Origin: Prorocentrum cordatum | Taxonomy: Eukaryota | DNA length: 54,373 nucleotides | Direction of reading: 5' to 3' | Assembly: GCA_963575745.1 (NCBI GenBank) | Contig: CAUYUJ010000247.1 | Coordinates: 62,001 to 116,373, forward strand | Shown here: in pieces, positions 23,791 through 36,600 of the stretch | Position numbering within the stretch: position 1 is the stretch's first letter | Layout of the letters: every line of letters begins with the position of its first letter | The notes under the pieces: model-generated | What the model was told of the DNA's origin: nothing | What the model saw: only the letters and a program-made list of their open reading frames with translations | Database searches by the model: none | Program-made: the position numbers and the translations under genes

Positions 23791-26700
23791 CCCAGCTGGA
23801 CGACGTGCTCACGGCGGACCTGCTGCTACATGGAGGATCGTCACTGCCAATGCCTCGGGTTGGAGTGGGGCGATGCATCTATTGACGGATGATTGCATTC
23901 ATGGGGCGCATGCTGCGTGTTTACAGGAATGCAAAGTTTTGAAGGCGAGTGTTGCTCAGAAGGAGTCGATGATGACCAGTGAAGGCTGGAAGCTTAGGCC
24001 CTCTGGCGCAGCTAGGACTCCTCAAGATGGTGTCTCAGCAGGTGCGGGTGTAGTCGTCCAGCATCATGTTGGAGTAGGTGAAGCTGTTGAGCATCACAGG
24101 CACGTATTGCACTCTCGCAGCTCTACTGTCTGGGTCAATGTGTGTGTGTGTGTGTGAGAGAGAGGTGGTTTCTACTGATTCGCATGTATTTTCCTGATGG
24201 AGAAGGAGTCGAGGGGTTCAAAGGGAGGCAGATGTTGAACCATGTGGGTGGATTCTTGTTTGCGTCTCAGAAGCCCGTCGTCATCGCAGCTGATTTCAAC
24301 TCGACTCCGAGCGAAGTCCAGAAGGTTTCGATTTTTTACGAAACTCATGGGAGTGGTCGTATATGGCAATGAACCGCTCGCAGAGTCGGGAATAACTGGA
24401 GGGAGTTTGATTTTTTCGTGGTATCGCACGATCTCTTGGGGTCTGCACGAAGCTGCAGGCGCATCCAGGACCCGGAGAACAAAACCCACTACCCTGTAGA
24501 GCTTGTCTTGGGGGCTCAGGCTCATCAGCAGGTTAAGCGGGTCCTGAAGCTCCCGGAGCCTTTCCCCAAGGAGGTACCCGGTGAAGCTGAAGTAGGGCCC
24601 CGACTTCCACCATGGAATTTGAGTTTTATCGTCCAGGCTTCAGGACTGCGACTCGTGGCCGACGGTCACGGAGTTTAACGTGATATATTCAGATTTGTGC
24701 AGCATGATGGAGCTCGAGCTCTGTGACGTGCTAGGCAGCAAGGAAGCAGATCGAGCCCCGCACATCGGCAGAGGCGCTGGATGCCGCATCGTTTCGCAGC
24801 GAGTTTTGCAGTGCGTCGAGGGCCCGCGCCCAAGGTGCACGATAGCCTCTAGAGCCCTTCGCAAGATGGCCGTCTGGTTGGAGGAGCTGAGGTTTCTGAG
24901 GAGGAAGGGTCCTCGATGGGGCTCTCGTGGGGTCCAGGCCGTCGTCGGTAAGATATGCAGTGCCCAGCCTCATATTGCCTTTGCTCCAGGGTGGCAGGTT
25001 TTTTCATTCATGAATAGTTTTAGGCGAGGACGTGGACCTCGACGACTTGGTCGAGCTCGGGCGCCAGGTCCAGGGGCTTGCAGCGGTTGTCGAATCCTGT
25101 GCGACTAGGGTTAGGACTAGAGTTTGGAGGCAGTGGGTGCAGGACTCTATCAGTAAAGGAGGAGGTGCAGTATATCAGTATACTAAGAAACCTTTAGGTT
25201 GGGCCCCAGATCCCAATTGGCTTCGAGGGGGGCCCGCTGGGCAAGTTGGCATGACAGAGGCCTCGCTCGAAGAATGGGAGAGTATCTGGCACGAAGGAGA
25301 ACCATCCCTTCTAACTGCTGAGCAATTAGGTCTGCCTCTAGGCCCGCCCCCCCCCCCCCCCCCAGTGCCCGCGGCAGACCAAGTGAGGGGAGCCCTTGGG
25401 AAGTTCAAGGAGAACACGGCGGTTGGCATCGACGGGCGGGGCCCGACCTCGCTCGAGCTCTTGAGCGGCGACGCGCTCGCAGCGTATGGCCAGTTTCTTT
25501 CGCGTGGAGTCGCGCCTCCTGATTCCGGGGCAGCGCGACCATGCGCCCTTGGCCTTTCTGAAGAAATCGGATGGAGGATATCGGCCACTTGGGGTACTTG
25601 CAACAGCAATCCGTGTCTTAGGTAAGGTTAGACGGCAAGGTCCAAGCGAATGGGAAGCTGAGCGCCATCTAGATTGCGTCTCCGGGGCCAAGGGAAAATG
25701 CCATGAGAGAGCGGTGCGGCAACGAGCAGCAGTGGGAGAAACATCGCGAGCAATAGGAACGTCGTCTGCATCAGCTCTCGTGGACGTGGGAAAGTGCTAC
25801 GAAAAGCTTCCGCACGACGTTCAATGGCATGCGTGTGTTAAGCGCAACTTTGACCTTCGCCGCGCCCGCTTGCTTTTGAAGGTCTACGGTGGGCCAAGGT
25901 GTGTGAATATTAAAGAAGTAGTTTCGGATATAGTTCGCATCGCGCGTTCAATCGTAGCTGGGTGTACGTTTGCAACGACGTTGCTGAGAGTGGTGTTGCA
26001 AGACTCTGTGGAAGTACTGAGAACTAGAACTCGGTGGGCCTCTTTGGGGCTTGCTGTGCTGGTTGACGACCTTGCGATTGAAGCCATGGGTTCCATGAGG
26101 CATGTTGAATGCGCACTCTCGGCAGCAGTGCCTCAGTGATGTTCCAGGCTGGAGGCCATGGGCACGGTCTCGCGGAAGAATTGCCAGCTCGTCGCCTCCT
26201 GCCGCCAGCTGGCCGCCAATCTCCAGAGAGCGCTGGCCAAGTGCAGTTTCAAGGCCTATGGCTCGGTCAAGAACTTAGGTCGCGACTTCGGCCGGCAGGT
26301 GGGGAAGAAGAAATTTGTCCTTCGGAGGCGTGTCTTGGGAGTTCGGAGGCGAGCTAACCGTTTCAGGTCTTTGAAGCATCATGAGAAAGGACTCGCCAGA
26401 GTCTTTCGGGGGGGTGGCATCGTGGCTGCGACGTATGGGGTGGGGGTCTTCGGAATGAACGATTCTGGGCTTTCGGATCTCCGAGCTGTTGCCGGCTACG
26501 CGATGTTCGGGAAAGCGAAGGGGAGGTCTCGGGCTGTGCAATATCTCCTCACCGACCCCCCCCCCATCTCGACTCCTCCTACCTCATCGACGCCCTCCCG
26601 CTCATCACGTGGCTGCAGGCGTTGCACTAGCAGTGGATCGCAGATAGCCTCGTGAAGACATTTCCTTTTAGCGGCGGTGGCATCAGCTCATCTTGGATGG

Positions 26701-28296
26701 GCATCGGTCACGGGGCCAGCAGGTGCAGTAGTGCAAACGCTCGGAAGGCTCGGCTGGACGGTGATTGATTGCGCACACTGGAGGGGCCCTCAGGGCCTGC
26801 ACGTGGACCTCACCAACATGGGGGCTCGCGCGCTCAAAGCACTGGCACACCGCGCGATGCGGCACAAGCAAGAACGACAAGCAGCGACAGACTTGCGATG
26901 GGACAACACCCCGCACTTCGAACCTGTTCTGGACAAGCTGCGCAGGGTGAGAGGGCGGGGGGAGAACATCCAGGCCGATTTAGTGATGGCACATTGTTCT
27001 GGTGGGCTCTGGACTCAAGCGAAGCTGTTCACGGAGAGGTATGAGCTGGAACCAACGTGCCTTCGGTGCCGCCAGGCGCCAGGAACGATCGGACACAGAT
27101 TACATGCTTGTGATGGACTCGCTGCATGGCGGCGAGACCGAGGATTTCAAGGGCTGCGCTCCATCTATCATGAGGCTGGAAATTGTCCACTCGTGGAGCG
27201 TGGAATTACTTCTAGCAGGATATGGGTTTCCGCTTCCCCTCCAGGGCCCAGAAGCAGGTTATGTTTGGAGGCCAGAATGTTCAGGACACCTTGGGGTCGA
27301 AACTTTTGTCGATGGCTCTGGGCTTGACCCGGTGGTTGACTGGAGGGCGCGTTCAGGATGGGCATCAATTTTCTTGGCTCCTGGACCCAGGGGGTAGCGT
27401 CAGCTGCTGCGTCCGGGCCTGTTCCTGGGCCAGTTCAGTCGGCAGGTGTGGCAGATCACTGCGCGCTCTACATGTGTTTGTGCCTCATGGGCACGTCGGC
27501 CACGGTGGTAACTGACCGCTACAACTTGGTCAAGGGCCTGGACAAAGGGTCTGAAATCATGTGTGACCCAGCCCAATCCTATCTCCAGATCTGGAAGCTG
27601 ATTTTGTGGAGGCTGGAGGATATCGGTCGTGAAAACGTGGAGGCCGTCTTGATGCCGTCGCATAAGACTCGGGCGTGGCTCAGAAATAAATGGTATCCAG
27701 ATCGGCGGTTCCCTTGCAACTCGATAGCTGATAAGTATGCCAAGATAGGTGCTATGCAACAGCCCAGGATTTCACATCTTCAGGACCGCTTGAGGAGTGC
27801 TGATGAGTACGCGAGGCAGTTCACTCGTCTACTGGGTGGTGCACTGTATCAACTGAGCCGTGCAGGTTTCCCAGACGTTTCGCAAATTCGCAAGCCACAA
27901 ATCGAGCCCCCCATGAAAGTTGGAGGTTGTCTCGTGTGTACTAGTAGGCTCGTGAAACATGATAATGGGCACCATGTCCATCTGGTAGGGGACCTTTGGG
28001 GCTGTAGGACTTGTGGGTTATCGTCTAGCCGTCGGAACAGGATAACTTGCGAGCCGTGCCCAGGGGTGCCCAAGATTGTAAGTAGGTCTCACGCACCCCA
28101 CAAATTGTGGGTGGCGGGCGAGACGTGCTACTGCAACAAGTGCAGCGCGTACGCGACAGGCCAGGCCAAAGGACTGGCCGCCCGCTGCCCGCCGTCAGGA
28201 CCTGGGGAATGGGGTAGGAGGGCTCTCAAGCAACTCGAAGCAGGGAAGATTCCGACGACCAAGGAGTTTGTTGGTAGACCGTTCCCTGTGCACTAG
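23717..28296 (+). pseudogene. LINE ORF2: AP endonuclease, reverse transcriptase, zinc finger, RNase H, C-terminal Cys/His region; many frameshifts
   Basis: APE: IVTANASGW, LQE, SAG, ADFN, THYPV. RT: AVGIDG, KKSDGGYRPLG, VDVGKCYE, SIVAGC, LVDD, KNLG. CLRC..GTIGHRLHAC. RNase H: FVDGS, PGPVQS, VTD, PSH, NSIADKYAKIGA. Confidence 0.9.
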
Positions 28297-28361
28297 CCCC
28301 TCCCAGGATACATATCCCTGACTAGGCTTTCTTGCGGTTCGCTGCGGGATCGACCTTTCCG

Positions 28362-28410
28362 AGGCTCCAGGCTCCAGGCTCCAGGCTCCAGGCTCCAGGC
28401 TCCAGGCTCC
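28362..28410 (+). repeat. (AGGCTCC)7 LINE 3' tail
   Basis: Seven perfect heptamers 65 nt after the ORF2 stop, directly before (GAG)n. Confidence 0.85.
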
Positions 28411-28544
28411 AGAGGAGGACGAGGAGGAGGGGGAGGAGGAGGAGGAGGAGGAGGAGGAGGAGGAGGAGAGAGGAGGAGGAGGAGGAGGAGGAGGAGGAGG
28501 AGGAGGAGGAGGGGAGGAGGGGAGGAGGAGGAGGGGGAGGAGGA

Positions 28545-28575
<31 letters not shown>

Positions 28576-28723
28576 GAGGAGGAGGAGGAGGCGGAGGAGG
28601 AGGAGGAGGAGGAGGAGGAGGAGGGGAGGAGGAGGAGGAGGAGGAGGAGGAGGAGGAGGAGGAGGAGGAGGAGGAGGAGGAGGAGGAGGAGGGAGGAGGG
28701 AGGAGGCTGGCGCTACCCGAGAG

Positions 28724-28796
28724 GGCCACCGTCGGGGAGCGCGGACGCTTCAAGCGGGAGGAGCTCAAGCTGCACGCCCTGGCCGCCAGCAGGGAG
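28724..28796 (+). CDS. Candidate host exon (R)ATVGERGRFKREELKLHALAASRE
   Basis: AG|G acceptor in phase 2 matching 22179; GAG|GC donor; nearly all codons G/C-ending. Confidence 0.65.
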
Positions 28797-29345
28797 GCCG
28801 CCTGCGCGGCCCCGGCCCGGGCGCCTGGGTTGCGGTGGGCGGGCGCGGGCGGCCTCAAGGGCGCAGCGCGGCCGAAGAGGGAGGATGCCGGCGGCGCGCG
28901 CCGAAAAGGGCGGATCGGCGACGGGGCGGCCTTCCGACAAGAGGAACAACAACAATAATACCAATGTCAACAGTATTATTACCAGTCGCAGTTTTAGTTG
29001 TAATAATGGTAATCATGATCGTTATAGTGATCGTAATCGTGATAGTATCAGGAATAGTAAGAGTAACAGTACTGGTGCTACTCAATACTCGTACTAATAC
29101 TCGTGATGGTAACCGTGAGAGTAATCGTAGTAGTATTGGTCGTAGCACTACAGTTCGGTGAGTCATTTGGTAGTGAAAATGCTGACCAGGAGAAGACTGG
29201 GTTAGTGGTGGTGGGGGAGTGTGCGCTGGAACCCATCTGTCTTGAAGGCATGAGGCGCTGCAACCATTATCCCTCGTAAATATTGGGCGCTGGAACCGAC
29301 GCCGTGGGGCGCTGGAGCCACCGCCCCTCGTCAAAAATGGGCGCT

Positions 29346-29890
29346 GTCGGTCGGGTCGGTCGGTCGGTCGGTCGGTCCGGTCGTCGGTCGTCGTTCGTCG
29401 TCGTCTCGGTCTGTCGGTCGGTCCGTTGGTCGGTCCTGTCGTGGGTCGTCGGTGTGTCGGTCGGTCCGTCCGTCGTCGTCGTCGTTCGTCGTCGTCGTCG
29501 TCTCGGTCGGTCGGTCGGTCGGTCCTTTTGGTCGTCAGGGCTTGTTCGCAAGCGTGGAGCGCGTGTAATGTCTCGGTCGGTCGGTCTGGTCGTCGGTCGC
29601 TCGGTCGGTCGGTCCGGTCGTCGGTCGGTCCGTCGGTCGGTTAGTCGATCGGTCGTCGTTCGTCGTCAACTCGGTCGGTCGGTCCGTCGGTCGGTCCCGT
29701 CGTGGGTCATTGGTTTGTCGGTCGGTCTGTCCGTCGTCGTCTTTCGTCGTCGTCTCGGTCGGTCGGTCGGTCGGTCGGTCCGTCTGGTCGTCGGTCTTCG
29801 ATCGATCGGTTGGTCCGTCGTCGTCGTCGGTCGTCGGTCGTGTCGGTCGGTTTTTGTCGGTCATCGTCGCTTTCGTCGTCGGTCGTCGGT
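29346..29890 (+). repeat. Mixed (GTCG)n/(GTC)n microsatellite
   Basis: Direct inspection. Confidence 0.9.
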
Positions 29891-30045
29891 AGGTTGTTCG
29901 TTCCTTCATAGCGCACCTCTGGGGCCAAACAGGCCACGCATGCAATGGTTATAAAGACATGAGAAATGCCCCACTGACGCGTCCGATACGTGCATATGCG
30001 CTCCAGTATTCCACTATCAACAATATTCCCCCCACTGGCGTAGAT

Positions 30046-30325
30046 GTTTTTCGCCCGGGTTGGTTTTCGCCCGGTGCGTTTCGCCCGGTTCGTTTCGCCC
30101 GGGTTTGCTTTCGCCCGGTTGGCTTTCGCCCGGGTTGGCTTTCGCCCAGGTTGGCTTTCGCCCGGGTTGGCTTTCGCCCGGGTTGGCTTTCGCCCGGTTG
30201 GCTTTCGCCCGGGTTGGCTTTCGCCCGGGTTGGCTTTCGCCCGGGTTGGCTTTCGCCTGGGTTGGCTTTCGCCCAGGTTGGTTTTCGCCAGGGTTGGCTG
30301 TCGCCTGGGCTCGTTTTCGCTTGGG
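30046..30325 (+). repeat. 16-bp tandem array (TTGGCTTTCGCCCGGG)n
   Basis: Direct inspection; inverted relative of 32775-33025. Confidence 0.9.
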
Positions 30326-30700
30326 TTCCCGCGTCCATCAGGAGCGCGGGTGACGGTCATGGATCCCGGAAGAGGGCCGCGGGCCGGAGGAGGACAGGAA
30401 AGGCAAGACCGCGAGGGGAACTGAGGAGGGCGACCAGGAGGGGAACGGGAGGACGGGGAGTCGTCGTCGTAGTATTCGGCGTCCTCCTAGTCGTAGTCGT
30501 CGTCGTCGACGTCGTCGACGTCGTCGTCGTCGTTGTGTTATTGTCGTGGTGGTGGTCGTCGTCATTGTTTTAGCCGTTGTCGTCGTCGTCGTCGCCGTCT
30601 TCGTCGTCGTCGTCGTACTCGCCGTTGTCGCTGTCGTCGTCGTCCTCCTGGTCGCCGTCGTTGCCGTCGTCCTCGTCGTGGTCGTTGTCGTCGTAGTGGT

Positions 30701-32237
30701 CCCGCCCGTCAGGGTCCGCCCGCCCGACCCGACCCGCCCGTTAGCGTTCGCGCGTGCTGAGTCGAGCGCGCCCCACACTTCAGTGCCCCGCCCGCCCGAC
30801 CCGACTCGCGTGATAGGGTCCGCCCGACCCGACCCGACCCGTCCCGCCCGTTAGGGTCCGCCCGCCCGACCAGACCCGCCCGTTAGGGTTCACGCGTGCC
30901 CACTCGAGCGCACCCCACACTTTAGTGTCCCGCCCGCCAGACCCGTCCCGCCCGTTAGGGTCCGCCCAACCCGACCCGACCCATCCCGCCCGTCAGGGTC
31001 CGCCCGACCTGCCTGTTGGAGTTCACGTGTGCTCGCTCTGGCGTGCCCCACACTTCAGTGCCCCGCCCGCCCGACCCGACCCAAGTGTTAGGGTCCGCCC
31101 GACCCCACCCGACCCGTCCCGCCCGCTAGGGTCCGCACGCCAGACCAGACCCGCCCGTTAGGGATCACGCGTGCCCACTCGAGCGCGCCCCACACTTTGG
31201 TGTCCCGCTCGCTTGACTTGATTCGCCCCTTAGGGTCCGCCCGACCCGACCCGACCCGCCCGTCAGGGTCCGCCTGCCCGACCGGACACGAGCGTTAGGG
31301 TTCCCGCGTGCCCACTCGATCGCGCCCGCACATAGTAGTGTCCCGCCCGCCCGACCCGACCCGCCCGCTAGGGTTTGCTCGACCCGACCCGACCCGCCCG
31401 TTATAGGGTCCGCCCGCCCGCCCGACCCGACCCGCCCGTTAGGGTCCGCCCGCCCGACCCAACCCGCCCGTTAGGGTTCACGCGTGCCCATTCGAGCGTG
31501 CCCCCACACTTTCGTGTCCCGCCCGCCCGACTCGACCCGCCCGCTAGGGTTTGCTCGACCCGACCCGACCCGCCCCGCCCGTTAGGGTCCGCCCGCCCGA
31601 CCCGACCCGCCCGTTAGGGTTCACGCGTGCTCGTTCCGGCGCGCCCCACACTTTAGTGTCCCGCTCCCGCCCGACCCGACCCGCCCGTTAGGGTCCGCCC
31701 GACCCGACCCGACCGGACCCGACCCGCCCGTTGAAAGTTCACGCGTGCTCGTTCCGGCGCGCCCCACACTTTAGTGTCCCGCCCGCCCGACCCGACCCGC
31801 CCGTCAGGCTCCGTCTGACCCGACCCGTCCCGTCCCGCCCGTTAGGGTCCGCCCGACCGACCCGACCCGCCGTTGAAGTTCACGCGTGCTCGTTCCGGCG
31901 CGCCCCACACTTTAGTGTCCCGCCCGCCCGACCCGACCCGCCCGTTAGGTCCGCCCGACCCGACCCGACCGTCCCGCGTTAGGGTCCGCCTGCCCCACCC
32001 GACCCGCCCGTTAGGGATTACGCGTGTCGCTCGGGCGTGACCCACACTTTAGTGCCCCCGCCCGCCCGACCCGACCCGCCCGTTAGTGTCCGCGCGGCCC
32101 GACCCGACCCGTCCCGCCCGTTCGGGTCCGCTCGCCCGACCAGACCCGCCCGTTAGGGTTCACGCGTGGGCCCACGCGTGCTCAATCGAGCGCGCACCCA
32201 TTTTTTAGTGTTCCGCCCGCCCCGACCCGCCCGTTAT
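30701..32237 (+). repeat. ~140-bp higher-order satellite (about 11 units) built from TTAGGG-containing sub-repeats
   Basis: CACGCGTG-like marker at ~30750, 30891, 31024, 31166, 31303, 31479, 31622, 31740, 31881, 32019, 32161; sub-repeat GTTAGGGTCCGCCCGACCCGACCCGCCC. Confidence 0.9.
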
Positions 32238-32501
32238 GGTCTCCGAATTCATTCACGCCGGCGGCTCCCTCGGGTCCGCAGTCGTTCCCAAGGACAGCGC
32301 GTCCTAGGGCCACCCCTGCGGCCGACCCCGGCCCACAAAACTTACCGTTTTGTTTTTCCTGGGCGTCGGAGGTCTCGGCGCGCCCCCTTCCGCCACAGCT
32401 TCCAGTACCACCGCCAATGCCCCCACCAGCTGCGACCGCCACCACGACCGCCGGCCGCTTCCGGGGGCGAAGAGAAACAGAAGAATTGCTCAGAGGGGAC
32501 A

Positions 32502-32620
32502 GGAGACATAGATGCCCCATCACCCATTCATCGCCGATTGGTCCCAGAGCGCCCCGCCCTGCCCAGGAACGCGCGGCGTCCCTGTCTGGGGGCTTATCGC
32601 CAACCTGTCGGCGATGTGTC
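32502..32620 (+). repeat. Dispersed repeat family F (related copy 42637-42756)
   Basis: Shared GCCCAGGA..GGGGG(C/T)(C/T)TATCGCC..CTGTCGGCGATGT.TC. Confidence 0.6.
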
Positions 32621-32774
32621 AACTATTCTAAAGCATCCGGCACCTTCCTGAGCCCCCAACACGTCTCTTCACCCCTTTCGCCTGGGCAAGCGGCGCGCCT
32701 CAAGGGCTCCCGGGGGTCACGACGTCGGCGGCGGCGACGGCCACGCCAGCGGCGACGCGCCTACTCCCCGCCTG

Positions 32775-33025
32775 GCCCCAGCGAAAGCCAACCCCGTCGA
32801 AAGCCAACCCCGGCGAAAGCCAACCCCGGCGAAAGCCAACCCCGGCGAAAGTCAATTCGGCGAAAGCCAACCCGGCGAAAGCCAACCCCGGCGAAAGCCA
32901 CCCTCCGGTGAAAGCCAACCCCGGCGAAAGCCAACCCCGGCGAAAACCAACCCCAGCGAAACGAAGCCTGGCGAAACGAAGCATGGCAAAACGAAGCCCG
33001 GCGAAAGCCAACCCCGGCGAAAAGC
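32775..33025 (-). repeat. 16-bp tandem array, (GGCGAAAGCCAACCCC)n on +
   Basis: Reverse complement of the 30046-30325 unit except for one position. Confidence 0.9.
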
Positions 33026-33059
33026 ATACGTGCACCTTTATTGTGGTAGAAAGAACAAG

Positions 33060-34900
<1,841 letters not shown>

Positions 34901-35159
34901 TGATCGTATTAGTTATATTGGGAGTCATACGCGTAATAAGACAGGTAATATTTCCAATGCGAGTTCAAGAGCCATATCATGACAACGAACATGCCATCAT
35001 AAGGGTTTGAGTAATGATCATACTGATGCTCATGGCCAGGCGTGAAAGAATGCCAAGGTCTGTCTGGTAGGGTTCTTTCAATTCTAATGGGGGGCCCTCC
35101 CCTTCCCTACTCGCCAACTGCCGCGTGCACCGCCCTTCCTTTCCGAGGCCACTTCTTTC

Positions 35160-35445
35160 GTGACCGCTCGAGGATGGAGCACTTCCATCATGGCAGCGAA
35201 TGCCGAACCTCCCATTCCACGCGTGCACGCTCGAGGATGGTGCATTTTCCACATGGCAGCTGATGCCCGAACCCTTCGTCAACGCGTGCCAGCTCGAGGA
35301 TGGTGCACTTCCCGCATGGCAGTTAATGCCTGAACCCTCATTCTATGCGCGCCCGCGCGAGGATTGTGCACTTCATTGATGCTAGCTCCTAGACCCTTCA
35401 TCCCACGCTCACCCGCTCGAGGATCGTGCACTTCACGCATTCCCA
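35160..35445 (+). repeat. ~63-bp tandem repeat, 5 units
   Basis: CTCGAGGATGGTGCACTTC-like motif near 35167, 35230, 35294, 35357, 35417. Confidence 0.8.
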
Positions 35446-35519
35446 GGCGCTGCTCCCAAGCGCTCCAGGGCCTCGCAAGCCACAATCCTTCATTAACCTA
35501 TGGATATGCGTCCCGAGAT

Positions 35520-36050
35520 TCCAAGACGGCCCGTGCAGGCAACTAACAACACCAAGATGGCCCAAGATGGCTCGAAGACAGCCCAAGATGGCACCAAGGC
35601 TGCCAAATATTGCTTCAAGACGGCCCAAGATGCCTCCAAGAGGGCCCAGAGGGCCATTAGAGGACCTCCAACAGGGTCCGAAGAAGTCAAAATCGTTGAG
35701 CTCCCTTGGGTTTTCGAATGGTTGTTGCATTCTCGCCTTTCCGGGCTTACTTAAGCCCAAGACGGCTCAAGAGAACTCCACAATGGCCCTCGAGGCATCC
35801 AAGACGGCCCTAAAACGACCTAAGAGGGCCTCCCGTGGAACCCAAGACTGCCTTAGAAAGTCCTTCAACACGGCGCCAAGACGGCCCTACGAATGCCCCC
35901 CTCCCACACGCCCACAGTACGGCCAAGAGGGCCCCAAGACGGCCCAAGAGGGCCCCAAGCCAGCGTAAGAGGGCCCCAAAATGGCCCAAGAGTGCCCCAA
36001 GGGCCCCCAAAGACTGCCTCACAGGAGGGCAGGACAGCCCCAATACGACC
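35520..36050 (+). repeat. Degenerate 10-11-bp (GGCCCAAGA..)n repeat; similar short patches near 9110-9230, 38670-38810 and 45985-46070
   Basis: Direct inspection. Confidence 0.75.
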
Positions 36051-36060
36051 CGAACGGGTC

Positions 36061-36129
<69 letters not shown>

Positions 36130-36600
36130 CCATCACCATCATCATCACCACCATCATCATCATCAACATCAGCAACAACAACGACAACATCATCATCATC
36201 AGCATCACCACCACCACTACCATTACCACCATCACCATCACCATCAACCATCACCATCACCATGACCATCACCATCACCATCATCATCAGCAGCAGCAGC
36301 AGCGTCGTCGTCAGCGTCGTTGTCGTCGTCGTCGTCGTCGTCATCGTCATCAGTAACATCGTCATGATCAGCGTCATCATCATCACCATCATCATCATTA
36401 TCATCACCACCACCATCACCAACACCACCCCATCCTCATCACCATCACCATCATCACCATCACCATCACCATCAGCAGCATCATAATCAGCATCATCATT
36501 ATCACAAGCATCATCAGATCGAACGTCATCGCCATCGTCTTCGTCGTCGTCCTCCTCCTCATCATCATCCTCATCATCATAATCGTCATCATCGTCATCA
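36061..36600 (+). repeat. (CAT/CAC)n tract
   Basis: Direct inspection. Confidence 0.95.

Larger units (their letters stand above)
22583..28410 (+). mobile_element. Apparently full-length, degenerate non-LTR retrotransposon (LINE)
   Basis: SL at 5' end, ORF1, ORF2 with APE-RT-RNase H, tandem-repeat tail, (GAG)n on both flanks. Confidence 0.9.

Noticed and set aside
22100..24157. 685-aa ORF as a single gene
   Set aside because: Chance fusion of a host exon, a (GAG)n tract, and parts of LINE ORF1 and ORF2.
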